Part shown: piece after piece, positions 25,349 to 38,806 of the stretch
How the letters are laid out: every line of letters begins with the position of its first letter
Position numbering within the stretch: the first letter of the stretch is position 1
Assembly (NCBI GenBank): GCA_040954595.2
Contig: CM082590.2
Span: 10,008,088-10,072,087 of the forward strand
Reading direction: 5' to 3'
Source: Balanoglossus misakiensis
Lineage: Eukaryota; Animalia; Hemichordata
Length of the DNA stretch: 64,000 nt
Program-made: the position numbers and the translations under genes
The notes under the pieces: model-generated
What the model saw: the letters and a program-made list of their open reading frames with translations, nothing else
Databases searched by the model: none
What the model was told of the DNA's origin: nothing

Positions 25349-27918
25349 GACCGTTTTAGCCAAATATGTCGTCTACCCGAATCGCAAATCATTAAAAGTC
25401 GTAAATGAAATAAGTTTAGACATTTTTGAAATGAATTGTGTGAATTGTAAAATGCATGAAAGGGGTCGATGTTGTCTGTTTACGACAGACTCTTTAAACT
25501 CGGACAGGAACTAAGGCACGACCGATTTTTGCATGAAAGCGGCAGACAAACCCCTTAAATAACACATCTTGCTTTCCCGTTATTAATAGTTATTATCAAT
25601 TACTTTTCACATTAGTGTTGCCTAGTTGCCGTATAACCACTTCAGTTTCAGTCAAACTATAGTTTCAAAAATATCGCTCTATTTTAATAGCACTTATGGT
25701 AAGTTTTAACCCTTCTGAAAGCGAATGATATATCCGAACTTTCAACTGGGGACATTTTAGCATAACCGGCGATATGAGAGTCGCCATACATTACCACATA
25801 ATGATTGTGGTTATGAACACACATTATAGCAGAATTGTATTAAAATTATGCTTATAAACAAACAGGCCACCTCGTAAATATGTCAGAGAGAGACACAATG
25901 TTACATATTTCAAAACTTCGTTATAATGATTTGATGTTATATTTGGTCATGAGATTGCCTTCTATATCAACAGTACCACTTTCTTCTGTGTACGCAACGT
26001 GCGTGAAATAAGCGGGCTAATCTTAAATCCTTTCTAGATTCAAACAAAACTTCCCTACAATATATATTCGTTCATGATAGGTTTTAACTTCGGGTCAGCC
26101 TTTGCCCGCATGATATTCCAAATGCCTGCGGGATAAATTTAGAACGGCGAGGTATCAGTATACGGCAAATAAAAGTGCAGTAGCCTGTGCCTGATTCAGG
26201 AAAACAAGTCGCGGTAAACCGTATCACAAATTCGAAGGATATGCTCTGAACAACGGCAGGGAAACTCCAACTTGTTCGGTCCGAAGTCACACTGCAGAAA
26301 GCGTATGAAAAGTTGTTATACATTTAGATGTCACTCTGGTCTTTTCGCGTCTTGTGTGAATAAGTGCATTCACACTCAATTAGCTGGTTATAGTGAAATT
26401 TGCTTCTAATTGACAGTTGCACATTAGAAAGTTTAATCTTAGCACACGGATCCTGGCCTGCCTTATCAGATCAGTCATTCCTGCCCCGCTTAAAAACACC
26501 GAGAATCCACGATTGTTTGACTTGGAAACAAAAAAGATAAAAATGTCCCCATACTAAAATCGCCAGTTTTGTAGACAATGGTGCCAAACTGCTAAGTTAG
26601 TTGAAACAGGGTACCGTTAGAATTGTATAGCATGACCGTTTTAGCCAAATATGTCGTCTACCCGAATCGCAAATCATTAAAAGTCGTAAATGAAATAAGT
26701 TTAGACATTTTTGAAATGAATTGTGTGAATTGTAAAATGCATGAAAGGGGTCGATGTTGTCTGTTTACGACAGACTCTTTAAACTCGGACAGGAACTAAG
26801 GCACGACCGATTTTTGCATGAAAGCGGCAGACAAACCCCTTAAATAACACATCTTGCTTTCCCGTTATTAATAGTTATTATCAATTACTTTTCACATTAG
26901 TGTTGCCTAGTTGCCGTATAACCACTTCAGTTTCAGTCAAACTATAGTTTCAAAAATATCGCTCTATTTTAATAGCACTTATGGTAAGTTTTAACCCTTC
27001 TGAAAGCGAATGATATATCCGAACTTTCAACTGGGGACATTTTAGCATAACCGGCGATATGAGAGTCGCCATACATTACCACATAATGATTGTGGTTATG
27101 AACACACATTATAGCAGAATTGTATTAAAATTATGCTTATAAACAAACAGGCCACCTCGTAAATATGTCAGAGAGAGACACAATGTTACATATTTCAAAA
27201 CTTCGTTATAATGATTTGATGTTATATTTGGTCATGAGATTGCCTTCTATATCAACAGTACCACTTTCTTCTGTGTACGCAACGTGCGTGAAATAAGCGG
27301 GCTAATCTTAAATCCTTTCTAGATTCAAACAAAACTTCCCTACAATATATATTCGTTCATGATAGGTTTTAACTTCGGGTCAGCCTTTGCCCGCATGATA
27401 TTCCAAATGCCTGCGGGATAAATTTAGAACGGCGAGGTATCAGTATACGGCAAATAAAAGTGCAGTAGCCTGTGCCTGATTCAGGAAAACAAGTCGCGGT
27501 AAACCGTATCACAAATTCGAAGGATATGCTCTGAACAACGGCAGGGAAACTCCAACTTGTTCGGTCCGAAGTCACACTGCAGAAAGCGTATGAAAAGTTG
27601 TTATACATTTAGATGTCACTCTGGTCTTTTCGCGTCTTGTGTGAATAAGTGCATTCACACTCAATTAGCTGGTTATAGTGAAATTTGCTTCTAATTGACA
27701 GTTGCACATTAGAAAGTTTAATCTTAGCACACGGATCCTGGCCTGCCTTATCAGATCAGTCATTCCTGCCCCGCTTAAAAACACCGAGAATCCACGATTG
27801 TTTGACTTGGAAACAAAAAAGATAAAAATGTCCCCATACTAAAATCGCCAGTTTTGTAGACAATGGTGCCAAACTGCTAAGTTAGTTGAAACAGGGTACC
27901 GTTAGAATTGTATAGCAT
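25349..27918 (+). repeat. Direct tandem duplication, 2 x 1285 bp
   Basis: GACCGTTTTAGCCAAATATG starts at 25349 and again at 26634. Identical ORFs at 26084 and 27369 are 1285 apart. No differences found by eye. Confidence 0.97.
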
Positions 27919-29711
27919 GACCCGATACACTTTATTATGGTAATACCCAAAGAACTGTTTGTTCATGCTCCAACTAGGAAACTGACAAATTTGGCAGAAA
28001 TTTCCGTTGTAATTCTTTTTAAATTATTACACAAGACATAGAATATCGAAAGAGAATATATCCTCTTTATTGTCTATTTAATATAAATAAACCGTGTAAA
28101 GACCTTTTGTAGAAGCTTAATAGAAATAGTGATCTACGGGAAAATTGCGAGATACGCCATATTGGATATAAATTATCAGAATTTGTCGCCCAGGACACAA
28201 ACGACTTTCGCGACAAAAAGACCTTTATAAGAGTGGTGACGTCACTCGAGGGTGTGTAGAATTTAGTCATGCAAAATTGTGAGAAAAAAATCTTAGTTAC
28301 CCAAAGTGCAGCGATAAAAGATTTTCTCAAGTGGCCGGGATCGAGTTGTCTGTGATCGCTACCAGTGGTACATGGTCAGGCGTGTATTGTAGTGTTGGTG
28401 TTCGTTCGCCGGGTTATCCGGTCGTTCGATGGGTATCTCTATACAAATGCATCACTCTCATCGTTGAATGATTGCAACCCTTCCCTTGTTATCGCGCGGC
28501 CTCGTCACGACGCGACAAGTACCCGCTTCTTGCGTGACTCGATGTTATTTTCGTGTCGGTGACAGATCTCTCGCCTGTTGGTAATATGTTTGTTTGTAGA
28601 CCACGCCTTGAAAACGCAAAAGCTAGGCAGAGACCTAAGCTCCTCTACCAGTCAACTAACACACCGATCTGGACAAAAAGGAGCTCAGTGACTTCCTTAA
28701 CCCAAACATAAATCACTTAGATTAGATCAAACTAAGATAGGGACGAAGCACGTGATGTAAACAAAATATGCAATCCAATTTTAGTCTACTAATTTGATAA
28801 ATTACTGGACATATAATAAAATTAAAATTCGGCCAATGTAACCTCCTGACGATATACATGTTGAACGACATGAAGCATGCAACGCAGCCAGCCAAATTTG
28901 CAAAATATTAAATATAACTTTTATGTTGTCTGTGGTGGTAAAAAGTAAAAGGCATATTTAGTCGAAGGTCTCTTCACGTGCGTGTGTTAAAAGCAATGTT
29001 TTTTTTTACCTGCGCGAGTTTTGTAATTTTATCAACAACAAAAAGAAATCGGCTGAAGTATTAGATGTGACGTCACGAAACGTCAGTCGCGTCGAACCAA
29101 AATTTAGTTCTGCGATATTCACCTGTAATGTGTTGTACTGCCAAAGCATCATTTAGGCAAAATCAATAATTTATAAGAAAAATACTTTTTTTTCTGAGAG
29201 CAAGACGGGAAAAGGGTCAACATTGATAATTTGAGTACAGTTACCATTTAACTTTCGCAAGAAGTCAAATGGTGATATAAAAATAGACCAAAGTGACGCA
29301 AATGCGGAATTAAGTATGCTTTGTTTCATATTTTACTCTTTTGTACACATTTTGTGCTAAAAATATATATTCGCGCTCAAAATTGAATAGGGGCCTTCAA
29401 TCAAGTACGAGGTCTGTAACTTTTCTGGACAGGAGAATACAGCTGTTCTCTTAAAAAAAACGTGAATGTCACGATTCGCTTTATTTTTTTTATATAAATA
29501 AACTCATTCTGAAAACTGGGAGTGCATTGCGGTTTTGAATGAAAGGGACATGAATGGATGTATTTATATACAATTTGCGAACATCCTGTCGTCCAATTTT
29601 TTTGGAAGTGATTGGTAGTGAGCTTGCAGATCAATCCTCTGGTTGAAATCATACTGCTGGGACATTTTGGATAAAGTAAAAAACGACCGGCCCTATTTTT
29701 CACTGGGCATA

Positions 29712-29725
29712 GCGCCCCCTGTTGG
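29712..29725 (-). promoter_or_regulatory. CTCF-like binding motif between Hox8 and Hox9/10
   Basis: The minus strand reads CCAACAGGGGGCGC, close to the CTCF core CCASYAGRKGGCRS. Confidence 0.6.
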
Positions 29726-31265
29726 TCATTACAAACTATCATTTCAATCCGAAGTCGACGCGATTCTGCATTGCGAACTAAATGCAAGTTCATGAGAACA
29801 AGCGCTTTCAAATCGCCACATACAGTCACAATCAGGTATCGATAAGGTGTTCATGTGTGTACCTATCAGTAAGCTTATTTAGATGGATCAATTTAAGTTG
29901 GAAAATAAAATCATGAAAATAATGCAAAAAGTGGCAGCTCTGGAGGCTTTAAACACTTTAGTCTTTATGATTGGTTGGTATGTCACTAAAAGACTGAGAT
30001 GATGGAACAGGTCGCCAGAAGCCGACAAACCCCGACGAGGATAATTTACACCCGCTACAGACAGCTGTTGTCTTATCTGCGCCGGGCCACGACCTGATGC
30101 ACAGCTTGCTTGAAATCATGACAAGGGAGGGTTCATTATTTACCGAGGGAGGGCTGTAGCACTGGGAACCCCTAGGCCCCTGAGTAACAAAAGTGGGTCA
30201 TTAGGGTATAAGAATTAAATTTCAAAAATATCTTCGGAATTTTCATAGAAGAGACCTGTATATTAGTCTAGCAATACATAGGCTATCGTTAGTATATTCA
30301 CAAGAAAAATAAATTAAATTCACCCGATACTAATCAAATCTACGGCAATTATGAAAAGATAGCTAATAAATGGGCGTATCGAAGCGAAATTCACATGATA
30401 TCATTCTGACAATCAATCGATATCCAGCTTCCGGCGAAATGTCTGCAAGTTCCCTTCTAATGGCATTACAACAGAGTGACGTAAATATTGCGCCGCCTAC
30501 GGAAGCGTATGGAAAGCATATAAACTTGGTCAGCCGGAGGCCTGCGCCTTGTAGTGTTGTATAAGAGAAACAAAAATGTCGCGTATTTCACAAACATTTG
30601 CATATGTATTATGTAACAATGTAACAACTTCAAAAGGAATTCAGCCACATTAATTAAAATGCCTGCGAATTACGTCATCACCAATTTTGTTTATGCAAAT
30701 TACAACCCCACCACAAACACAGAATTCACTTTTACAGAGCTCGATAAAATTAATGTTTGAAATTTATCAGAAATAATGACCATCTAAAGCACTGAAGGTG
30801 GTTAATTGGACCCCCCTACAATTCAGTTACTGTATATTCCCTGCCCTATGTGAGCACATGCTGGCATGACTAGTCTTTTGAATTATGAACAATAAACAAA
30901 ACGGGGATTACATTAATTAAATAGACATCACTTTTGACTAACCTCTCACTGAGGTCAGTCACGAAGCTATCCATTAGCAGGTTGTACGATTCTAACACTC
31001 GCCTACGAAAATCCCAAACTTCAGAGGATCATGCCATCCCAAGACACAAAAGAAACCATACTGGTTTGCAAAACCACGTTCAATTCACGCTCACGTTTGT
31101 GCCCGACGCCTATACTTTCTACTAGACTTCGCGGCGGGATCTTGCACACGATTCCGCTCTATATTTAGCTCAGCCGCTGAGAACGCCAGAATATGAAATA
31201 ATTAACAGGTGATGACCAACTGAAAATACTAAATCTACCAAAAAATAAATAACGGTACTGGGGTT

Positions 31266-31734
31266 TGTTATTATGCGTATTACCTCACAATATTTTCCCG
31301 ACGAGTTCGAGTAGTGGATCCGTTGATGAAACTTCCAGCTCGGGGATCAGTTCAGACGCGGGGTGGCATACACACACGTTCCCACAATGGCGGCGTTTTC
31401 AAGTTCCTGAAAGTCTATAGTCCACACAGAATAGTACACGCATACGAAGCTCCTAATTCCAGGACGTTCACAGAGTCCTAGCGGACGTTGACAGAACCAT
31501 ACACAGGTAGCACACACTAGGCCGGGTATAAAATTATCAACGTGGAGACAGCCTGAGCATGGCGTAACTAAGCCAGTACATGTCTACAGGTAGCAGCAAA
31601 ACAATATGGCTGTACGTGCCTTTTACACAAACAAATTACATAATTCATTAACACCTTGTCACTGGGTGTGTTAGAACAAAAGAAATTGCGGTTGATCAGG
31701 TCACTGACCCATTGAAAACCTGGGCATCATAACA
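31266..31734 (-). mobile_element. Second, related solo LTR-like element
   Basis: Termini TGTTATGATGC...GCATAATAACA. Shares ordered motifs with 12054-12780: ATTACCTCA, GGAGACAGC, GGTAGCAGC, GCCTTTTA, AATTCAT(T)AACACCTT, GGTCACTGA. Confidence 0.45.
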
Positions 31735-34358
31735 ACGTTTATTTCAACAATCTTTACTCATACGTGTGACTGATAAGAAACAAGCAGTTACAAGTGAAGA
31801 GTTCTGAAAGTAGATAGACAGACATATATAAAGATGTATTGGACGTAATTATTGCGTATATGCAATGTACCCACTAACATCAATAGTTGATGAGAGCAGG
31901 TACTGTAATATGTCTAAATGATGTCTGTGATCCCAGATCTGCAATAATGCTTTTGTTTCACGGCCAGTGTTGCCGTTAGGGAGTTTTAACTATGTGTCAG
32001 TTTTCAGCTGCGCTCCCGTGTGAAGTCAGCTTGTCTGATCTTAGCTCCCGTGTTTTCAAAAGCAGTGAATCCTCTGCTCATCTCAGTGTTCTCCGCCATG
32101 TTGTGATTGTGTCAACAAATGATTATCACACTGAAGCAGCTATAACTCAGCCTCGAAATAACACTTATGAAAGGCAATCAAAACAATGAAACTAACTAAT
32201 GCAAATCCACCATCCTCTCGTAGGTTCCAGTTTTCGGTTCGCAACAGCAACAGGTATGTCTAAAACCCGTAAACGTTATGATGCAGTTGTCTGAATTGCA
32301 TAAACATAAGCGTGACGTCAAGCGTGTATGTGTCCCACTCACTTCCACTTTTGGAGATAAGTACTGAAGCACGTGTATAAATTACTGACACAGCAGCAAG
32401 GAGAACGATTCACAAAATTGAAATGTCCAACACCTCGCCAATGAAGAGCAAATTGATGAACTCAATATTCAGCGTGGTGTACTAGAACTAATGATCTTCA
32501 TCGTTCACATAAAAAGGCGCGAAGTAAAGTCTATTACAAGCTCAGATGTCCTTTTTAGGGACGCGCAGGATTATGAAACTAAAGAGGTTCCATCATTGTT
32601 GGCTGACATACCTGCACATGCGATAAGGATCAGAACATGTTCCCGCCGAAAGAAGGCATACAAGGCGCAAGTCTATAATCAGGGAATTGTAGGTCATCGC
32701 CAAGAACTCCACAAATCGATTTAGTAGTGTCAAACTTATAAATGGTTAAGCACTTTATTAATTTATTATGTGTTATGATTCGATGAAATCCAGCTAGGCT
32801 AAGCTTCACAACGTGTCACGTGACAGCGTTATCTACCTTGATAATTGGCTGGCAGTGACATGATCTGTCGCTATGGAAACTGAATTTTATTCAAGTAATA
32901 TCGCCTTATCGGCGATGGAAATCTATCGGCTCGGCTGGGCAGAACTTGAAACAGCAACATTAATAAAGCAAAAACGTCGTGATTATGTCATAAGTATTAA
33001 CCGATAATATCTTCGATATATTTGAGATCGTAATGATTAAGAATTACCGATGTTCCGTTCTGGGCTTGTCATCACTGAAGACAATTTAGAAGAGCATTTA
33101 GTTGCGAAAAAATTGACTTCATCATTCAGAATTGAATTCTAGCTTGCAGACATGCAATTTAATGAGTATTTTACGGCCCTTCGCGCCCAAAGAATCCGAA
33201 ACATATTTTGTGCAGATATCGTTAATTGTGATTAAATTAAAACGCAGGGGAGTTAAATTTTTTCCACATGCCATGTTGAAAATATTAGAGAAAAATTGTG
33301 AAGGTCTGAGTATGACTCAGCATGTTTAACAAAGATGGCGAGCAATTACAGTGGTTGATAAATGGTACCTGGCCACGTGGATCCCCTTAATTGTACCATC
33401 TTCGACTTCATAATGGCCCATCGCAAACAAAACGTGTTTCTGTAATAGTATTTCATGGGTAGATTAATAACGAAAACAGAAATTTGGCGCCAATTGTCAG
33501 GCATCAGACGACAGTTCGGAAGTTTGAAAAATTGGTATTATGTGCATAAAACGACCTGCATTGGTAGCTGAGACACGTGACGATACCGTTACAATTCGCT
33601 TGGGGCATTTCCTCTTTGGTGAGAAAGATAGCGTACCGCCACCTACATTTTGAATATTTGTCGTCTTGTTTCAAGGCGTACTTGTTTTTAACTCATTTTC
33701 AGATTCAGCTTTTGCTCCTAAGTCAGCCTCAAGTCTATATTCCTTCACATTGCACAAGGCAGAAACAAACAGTGCAATATGAATATTTCCCTGGTTGCAA
33801 TGAACGAAAATTAAGCTTGTACTGCACATGCCATTAAGATTTTTCGGTCTGACATTTCCCGCCAAAACCTGAGCAACAAATTCTCGCCATTTATCAAAAC
33901 TATTCAAAACACAGGCAGGTGTACAAACCGAGAGACAAATACAGGCACAGACGACTAAAGACGTAGATGGACTAAGTCAGAAACATATACATAGACAGAC
34001 TGAGGAAGAGACGGAAATAGAGAAGGGGTCGTACAGATGACAAGTATTCCATATGCCCTCCGGAAACCGATCAACCGTGGAAGGTCAATATCTATCGTCC
34101 TTTACGTGGAACGGACTTAAATGAATCCAATCAACGTGTTCTGCCAGTTTTCGAGTTACAATAAATTGCTAATCAATGAAACGAAAGAAAGTCATTAATA
34201 ACTGCAAAAATTGATGAATTACGATACATAACAGATCAGGAATATAATTTTTATATAATTATTTTACTGAAATGTGAGAACTTTGAATTAATAGCACCAA
34301 TTGAATCCGTCATAAGAGGCATCGTGTTAAATAGTTATTTTCGTTCATCTTGTAATAC

Positions 34359-34470
34359 GTATTACTCACCCCATTGACTCGGTCGAGTAACGGTATTAAT
34401 CACCCCATTCCCTTAAAAGTAACGGTTTTAGTCACCCCCATTGCCTTGGTGGAGTGCCAAGGCTATGGGG
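34359..34470. repeat. Three ~33-bp tandem units ending in a hairpin
   Basis: (AGTAACG)GTATTAxTCACCCCATT occurs three times, then CCCCATTGCCTTGG-loop-CCAAGGCTATGGGG. Confidence 0.7.
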
Positions 34471-37400
34471 TTCTGTTTCGAGATTGGGTACTCTTACTGG
34501 ATGACGTAAGTGCGCGGCGTTGAAGTCATTGACAGAAAGCACGCGAACGAGCGAGCGAAGTTAAGCCCCACAACAGTGAAACAATGACATTAAGAAATCA
34601 TTATGAAAATATAATAAGATGTCAATCATATGTGATATTTTCAGGGATTTGACACCGACTACGCGTAGGGAGACATTAGCGACTGCTTGTCATAAGCAAA
34701 GAATAATATCACTTGATTTTTCGCGACGCATATACACGTACACGATATGTGTCTTGTAACACATTGACATGACAGATTGCAACATGTACTCTACATCGAT
34801 GGCCTTTTGGAAAAAGAGAGCAATTTGAGAAAAAAATTACATCTCTAGGATTTGTTCAGATGTTATTGTGAAATCCTTATCAAGGTTATTATCTAGATAC
34901 ACATTTTGTTTCTGGAATGAATGTGTACAGTTAATATGCCATCTTTACCGACTTTGCATTTTCAAGCACTGAACGTCTCCCATCGGAACGATATTTTAAC
35001 ACTTCTGCTTCGTTCGACATAACGACTTCTATTTGCATAATTCTCTCATTATCGCATAACCTTCCCGATTTCTCCTGTCTTCCGTTCGCTTTTAACAAAT
35101 AACCATGGCAACTGATGTCGTTCAATTTTTCAGTGGCGGCCTTGCTTGAGAACCTCGAGTTTTGGGAAGCAAAATGTTGACATTTATAAATTTGTATTGT
35201 TTTGGAAATTTACGTGTACATCAACAGGCCCTACTCTACACATCTAAGCGCCAAGAATGATGTGCGCATGTACGTACGAACGACAGTTGAGAAAATCCGA
35301 GGTGAAAAATTATGACGACGCATATTTGACAAATATTTTCTCTAAGCTGCTTGTCTTTGCGATCTCCCAGTAAAACTGTCACGTGGGCTTTCTATCGATG
35401 CGCGCATCTTAATCGAAATTGACTGAAAGCTGCCCTAGACAGTCGTCCCGTGAATTATGACAGTGAAGTTACATAAGTTTATGATATTAGGGTTGAGTGT
35501 CTGACCCGCCAAATCTCGTTGCCTTGTCACGCGCGATATATTAACGTCACGTGTGGATTTCACGAACACCCTCCCCATGCAACGGGGCTTTAAGCTTTAA
35601 AGATCACTTTATCGAGTGTCACGGCGCACGTGATAAGCCGAGAAAGGCGTACTCAGATCACCAGTTATTTTGGGATTTCATCCCAGCGCGCGAGATTGAC
35701 GAGCTCGACGCACAGACAGTGGCCTTTGAACTCGCGCTCATCATATACTATTAAATAATATTTGTATTAATAAGGTCACGGAAAGAGGCCAAGAACAGCA
35801 AAATCAATGTTTCTTGAACAATAATAATTGTATACTAGCCATTACATTGACTTAAACAAGGCACTTTGAGACAGTGGAACCAGCCTAGGGTCACGTGATC
35901 GTGGCGTCGTGTTCGACGAACTTAATTGAGAAAAATTGGTGATAATCTCTCCGAACACAGCAAATATGTCAGTGTGTTGTGTCTACAAACAGACCTTTTT
36001 AGCTAATGACGTTTGTGTGTGGATTTTTTCGGCGTATCTTGCACACCAAGCGACACGAAATCATAGCAGACGACAAAAAGTGAACCGGCCACCTGAGCCG
36101 AACACTGGAACAATTTCACCCCTTTTAAGTTTTAAGTCGGGGTAATTTCGTGCCACTTTTGGATCAATTCAGCGCAGAAAAGGGGTACAATCTCCGCGTA
36201 GATTTTTGGCGCAGATTTGGATCGCGTATTGACAAGGTTGTGCGTCAGAGTGGCTAGTGCCGCGCTGTCGAATATTTGAAAAAAAATGCGGCACGTTTAG
36301 CGTTGTTACAAGGTAAATCGACACAAATTGTGTTTCACCAAGGAAACGCCTGACATATGGATATGAAAATTGCCCTAAAGGATAAAAACAAGAATATAAA
36401 AAAACAATATGGACAAAGTCTCGATAAAATGACTTCTGAAGAATGGTTTTTCCAACAGTAAACCAACAGACAATGCAATGAATAACGCAACATCTATCAC
36501 AGCTACATTAACGGGTCGCGCCTGTTGGAAGGGGCTATTTTTTTCCTGTCACGCCGCGGAACGCACTCCCCTGTTATTTTGGGAACACGTTTCGGTGGAT
36601 AACAATACGTCTTCTTCAGCGGGGTCTGAATTGGAGGCGACATACGGGTTGGTGAGAGTGCCATGCGAACACTGGTATCGGTTCAGGCCGAGGGCGGCAC
36701 GTACAGCCCGGCGCGCGGAGTGACAGCACAAATTGAGATGAAGTGGAGAGCGCGGGAACAATGGAACGAACACATTTACCTTGTCACTGTCTCCGCGGGA
36801 AGAATAATGCCGCGCAAAACCGCGGTTGCAAACCACTTGGTCAGAATTACCGGTCGCTACTTCCGTCGCCGTTGCCACTGGCTCGAAAAAGTGACCCAGT
36901 TTCGCGCCATAAAAAGCATGTAGGGGTCAGACGACAACAGATCTGACCAAAATACGCGTCATCGACAATCGGGCACGCCGCGACTCAGCGAGCACTGTAT
37001 GATAGATTATGCGGTGACCTGAGTTGACCCCTAACTACTGTCCAACCCAATTAACTGAGAACTGCTGTAATGAAATGCCCTGGCAAACAAATTACCCCTA
37101 AACAATTGAGATTTCTTTCTTTCTTAGCTTTATCGTTCGGTTCGAAAGTGCCGCCAAAATTGAGGTCACCGAACTACACCGATGCTGTACGGCAACCATG
37201 TCTCAGTGACTGCAATCAGCGCAGAGCTCTTTTAAAATTTAGGATAGTTCCAGTTTTTGTTTGTAGTAATACAGTTCTGTTCTCAGCGACGAAGTTCATT
37301 TTGCGTTGAATTTTTTTTTCATCCACTGAGGTTTGAAGACCTTGTGATTTTGCGGTTATGTTTTGATGTCCTGGGATCCAAGTTCGATCAACCATTTGTA

Positions 37401-37803
37401 TTTGAAAGAAATGGATCACTTGAGGGAACTGTTTTGATAGAGGAAAAATCAAGCCATAATTTCGGTGCAAGAATAGATTGTGCTTTAATCGGAAGAGGGA
37501 AATTACTGATGGCAATGACAGAGCAGTTAGCCTAGCCACAATATTCTCATAATTCAGACAACCGGGGGAATAACTGTATCCTGGTCGCGTATTTTTCAAA
37601 TTACCGTTGTTTTCCAATTACCAACAACACTGCGATATATCCATAGAGACGATCCATAATGTTTTGAAAATGATGGAAGGTGGCATGAAGTGTATGGATT
37701 ACAATAAAATATGGACGGATTCGACGAGGAACATCCTATTTCCACTGTTATCAGGCGTGACCAGCATTATGAATACAATACAGTAAACGTATGTGTGTAT
37801 GTA

Positions 37804-37889
37804 TGTATAGGCCAGGTTTGTCTTAACCGCCATCTTGAAAACAAGGTGTCTTGTCCAAGATGGCGGTTAAGACAAACCTGGCCTATACA
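37804..37889. mobile_element. Near-perfect 86-bp hairpin; probable MITE remnant made only of TIRs
   Basis: TGTATAGGCCAGGTTTGTCTTAACCGCCATCTTG pairs perfectly (34 bp) with CAAGATGGCGGTTAAGACAAACCTGGCCTATACA. TA flanks the GGCC ends. Confidence 0.7.
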
Positions 37890-38800
37890 ATGAAGTGGTC
37901 AAGGAGCACCAACTCTTGGACACAATGTTCTTCGACGCAAACTAATTTTATTTCCGACGTTTTGTGGGATTAATCGTAAAAGTAACAAATAAATGATATA
38001 AAAATGGTGTAAAATAAGAGATTTAAACTAAAATACGCAAAATAAATAGGAGGTAAAGGAACACGTACTCACTTGCCGAGAGCCAAAGTGGAACTGACAG
38101 CCTTTTGAATGTATGGTAGGTGTTACGTAAGACTGACCAGCTGGGGTGATTTACATAAAATGCGGGAAAATTATGATGTGTAAATAATAGCTGGAGTGTA
38201 TACAGAAAGCCAAGCTGGGAGGGACTGTTGTAACAAAAACTTAAAATAGTAAAAAATGCTCGCGTAATTTTCTTTCTCAAAAGTCACAAATCACTCCACG
38301 TGAAATAGTTTGCTTTTTTCAAGGTGCCCTAACAGAAAGATTCATACTCCAGTCTCCAGTGGGTATTCCTTCAAATGACTGATAAATTTTTAAACATCTT
38401 CAGCTAAGCTGGTCGACATTTGGGACCAGGTAGAAAATTATCAGGCGCCAAAATAGTGGTTTTAAATAGCCAGCACTGGCATATACATGTAAACCCCGTT
38501 TTGAAAGCGGTAAGTTCACCAGCGATTGGACCAGTCTCGACTTGAAGTTTGGTCACTCCTGAACGCACACTAACTGCATCCCAAGCCCCTAAAACTTGAA
38601 TGTAATTTAATCGATCCGCCATTGAGATCAGTATGTGAAGGATTGCCTTGTCCAAACCTGTGTAGGGTTAATTACCTTTTCTATACAGTACCGAACAATC
38701 TCAAAAAGAGTGATTGTGATTCTCACAATAGGAATGGGTTTTTGTTTGTTTGAAGGAAATAAGTGTATAGTCGACAAAAGTGTGACACAATAAAGAAAAT

Positions 38801-38806
38801 TTTATT
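38801..38806 (-). terminator. Candidate poly(A) signal for Hox9/10 (3' UTR about 1.9 kb)
   Basis: AATAAA on the minus strand followed by TTGTGTCACACTTTTGTC. Alternatives lie near 39098 and 39858. Confidence 0.4.
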
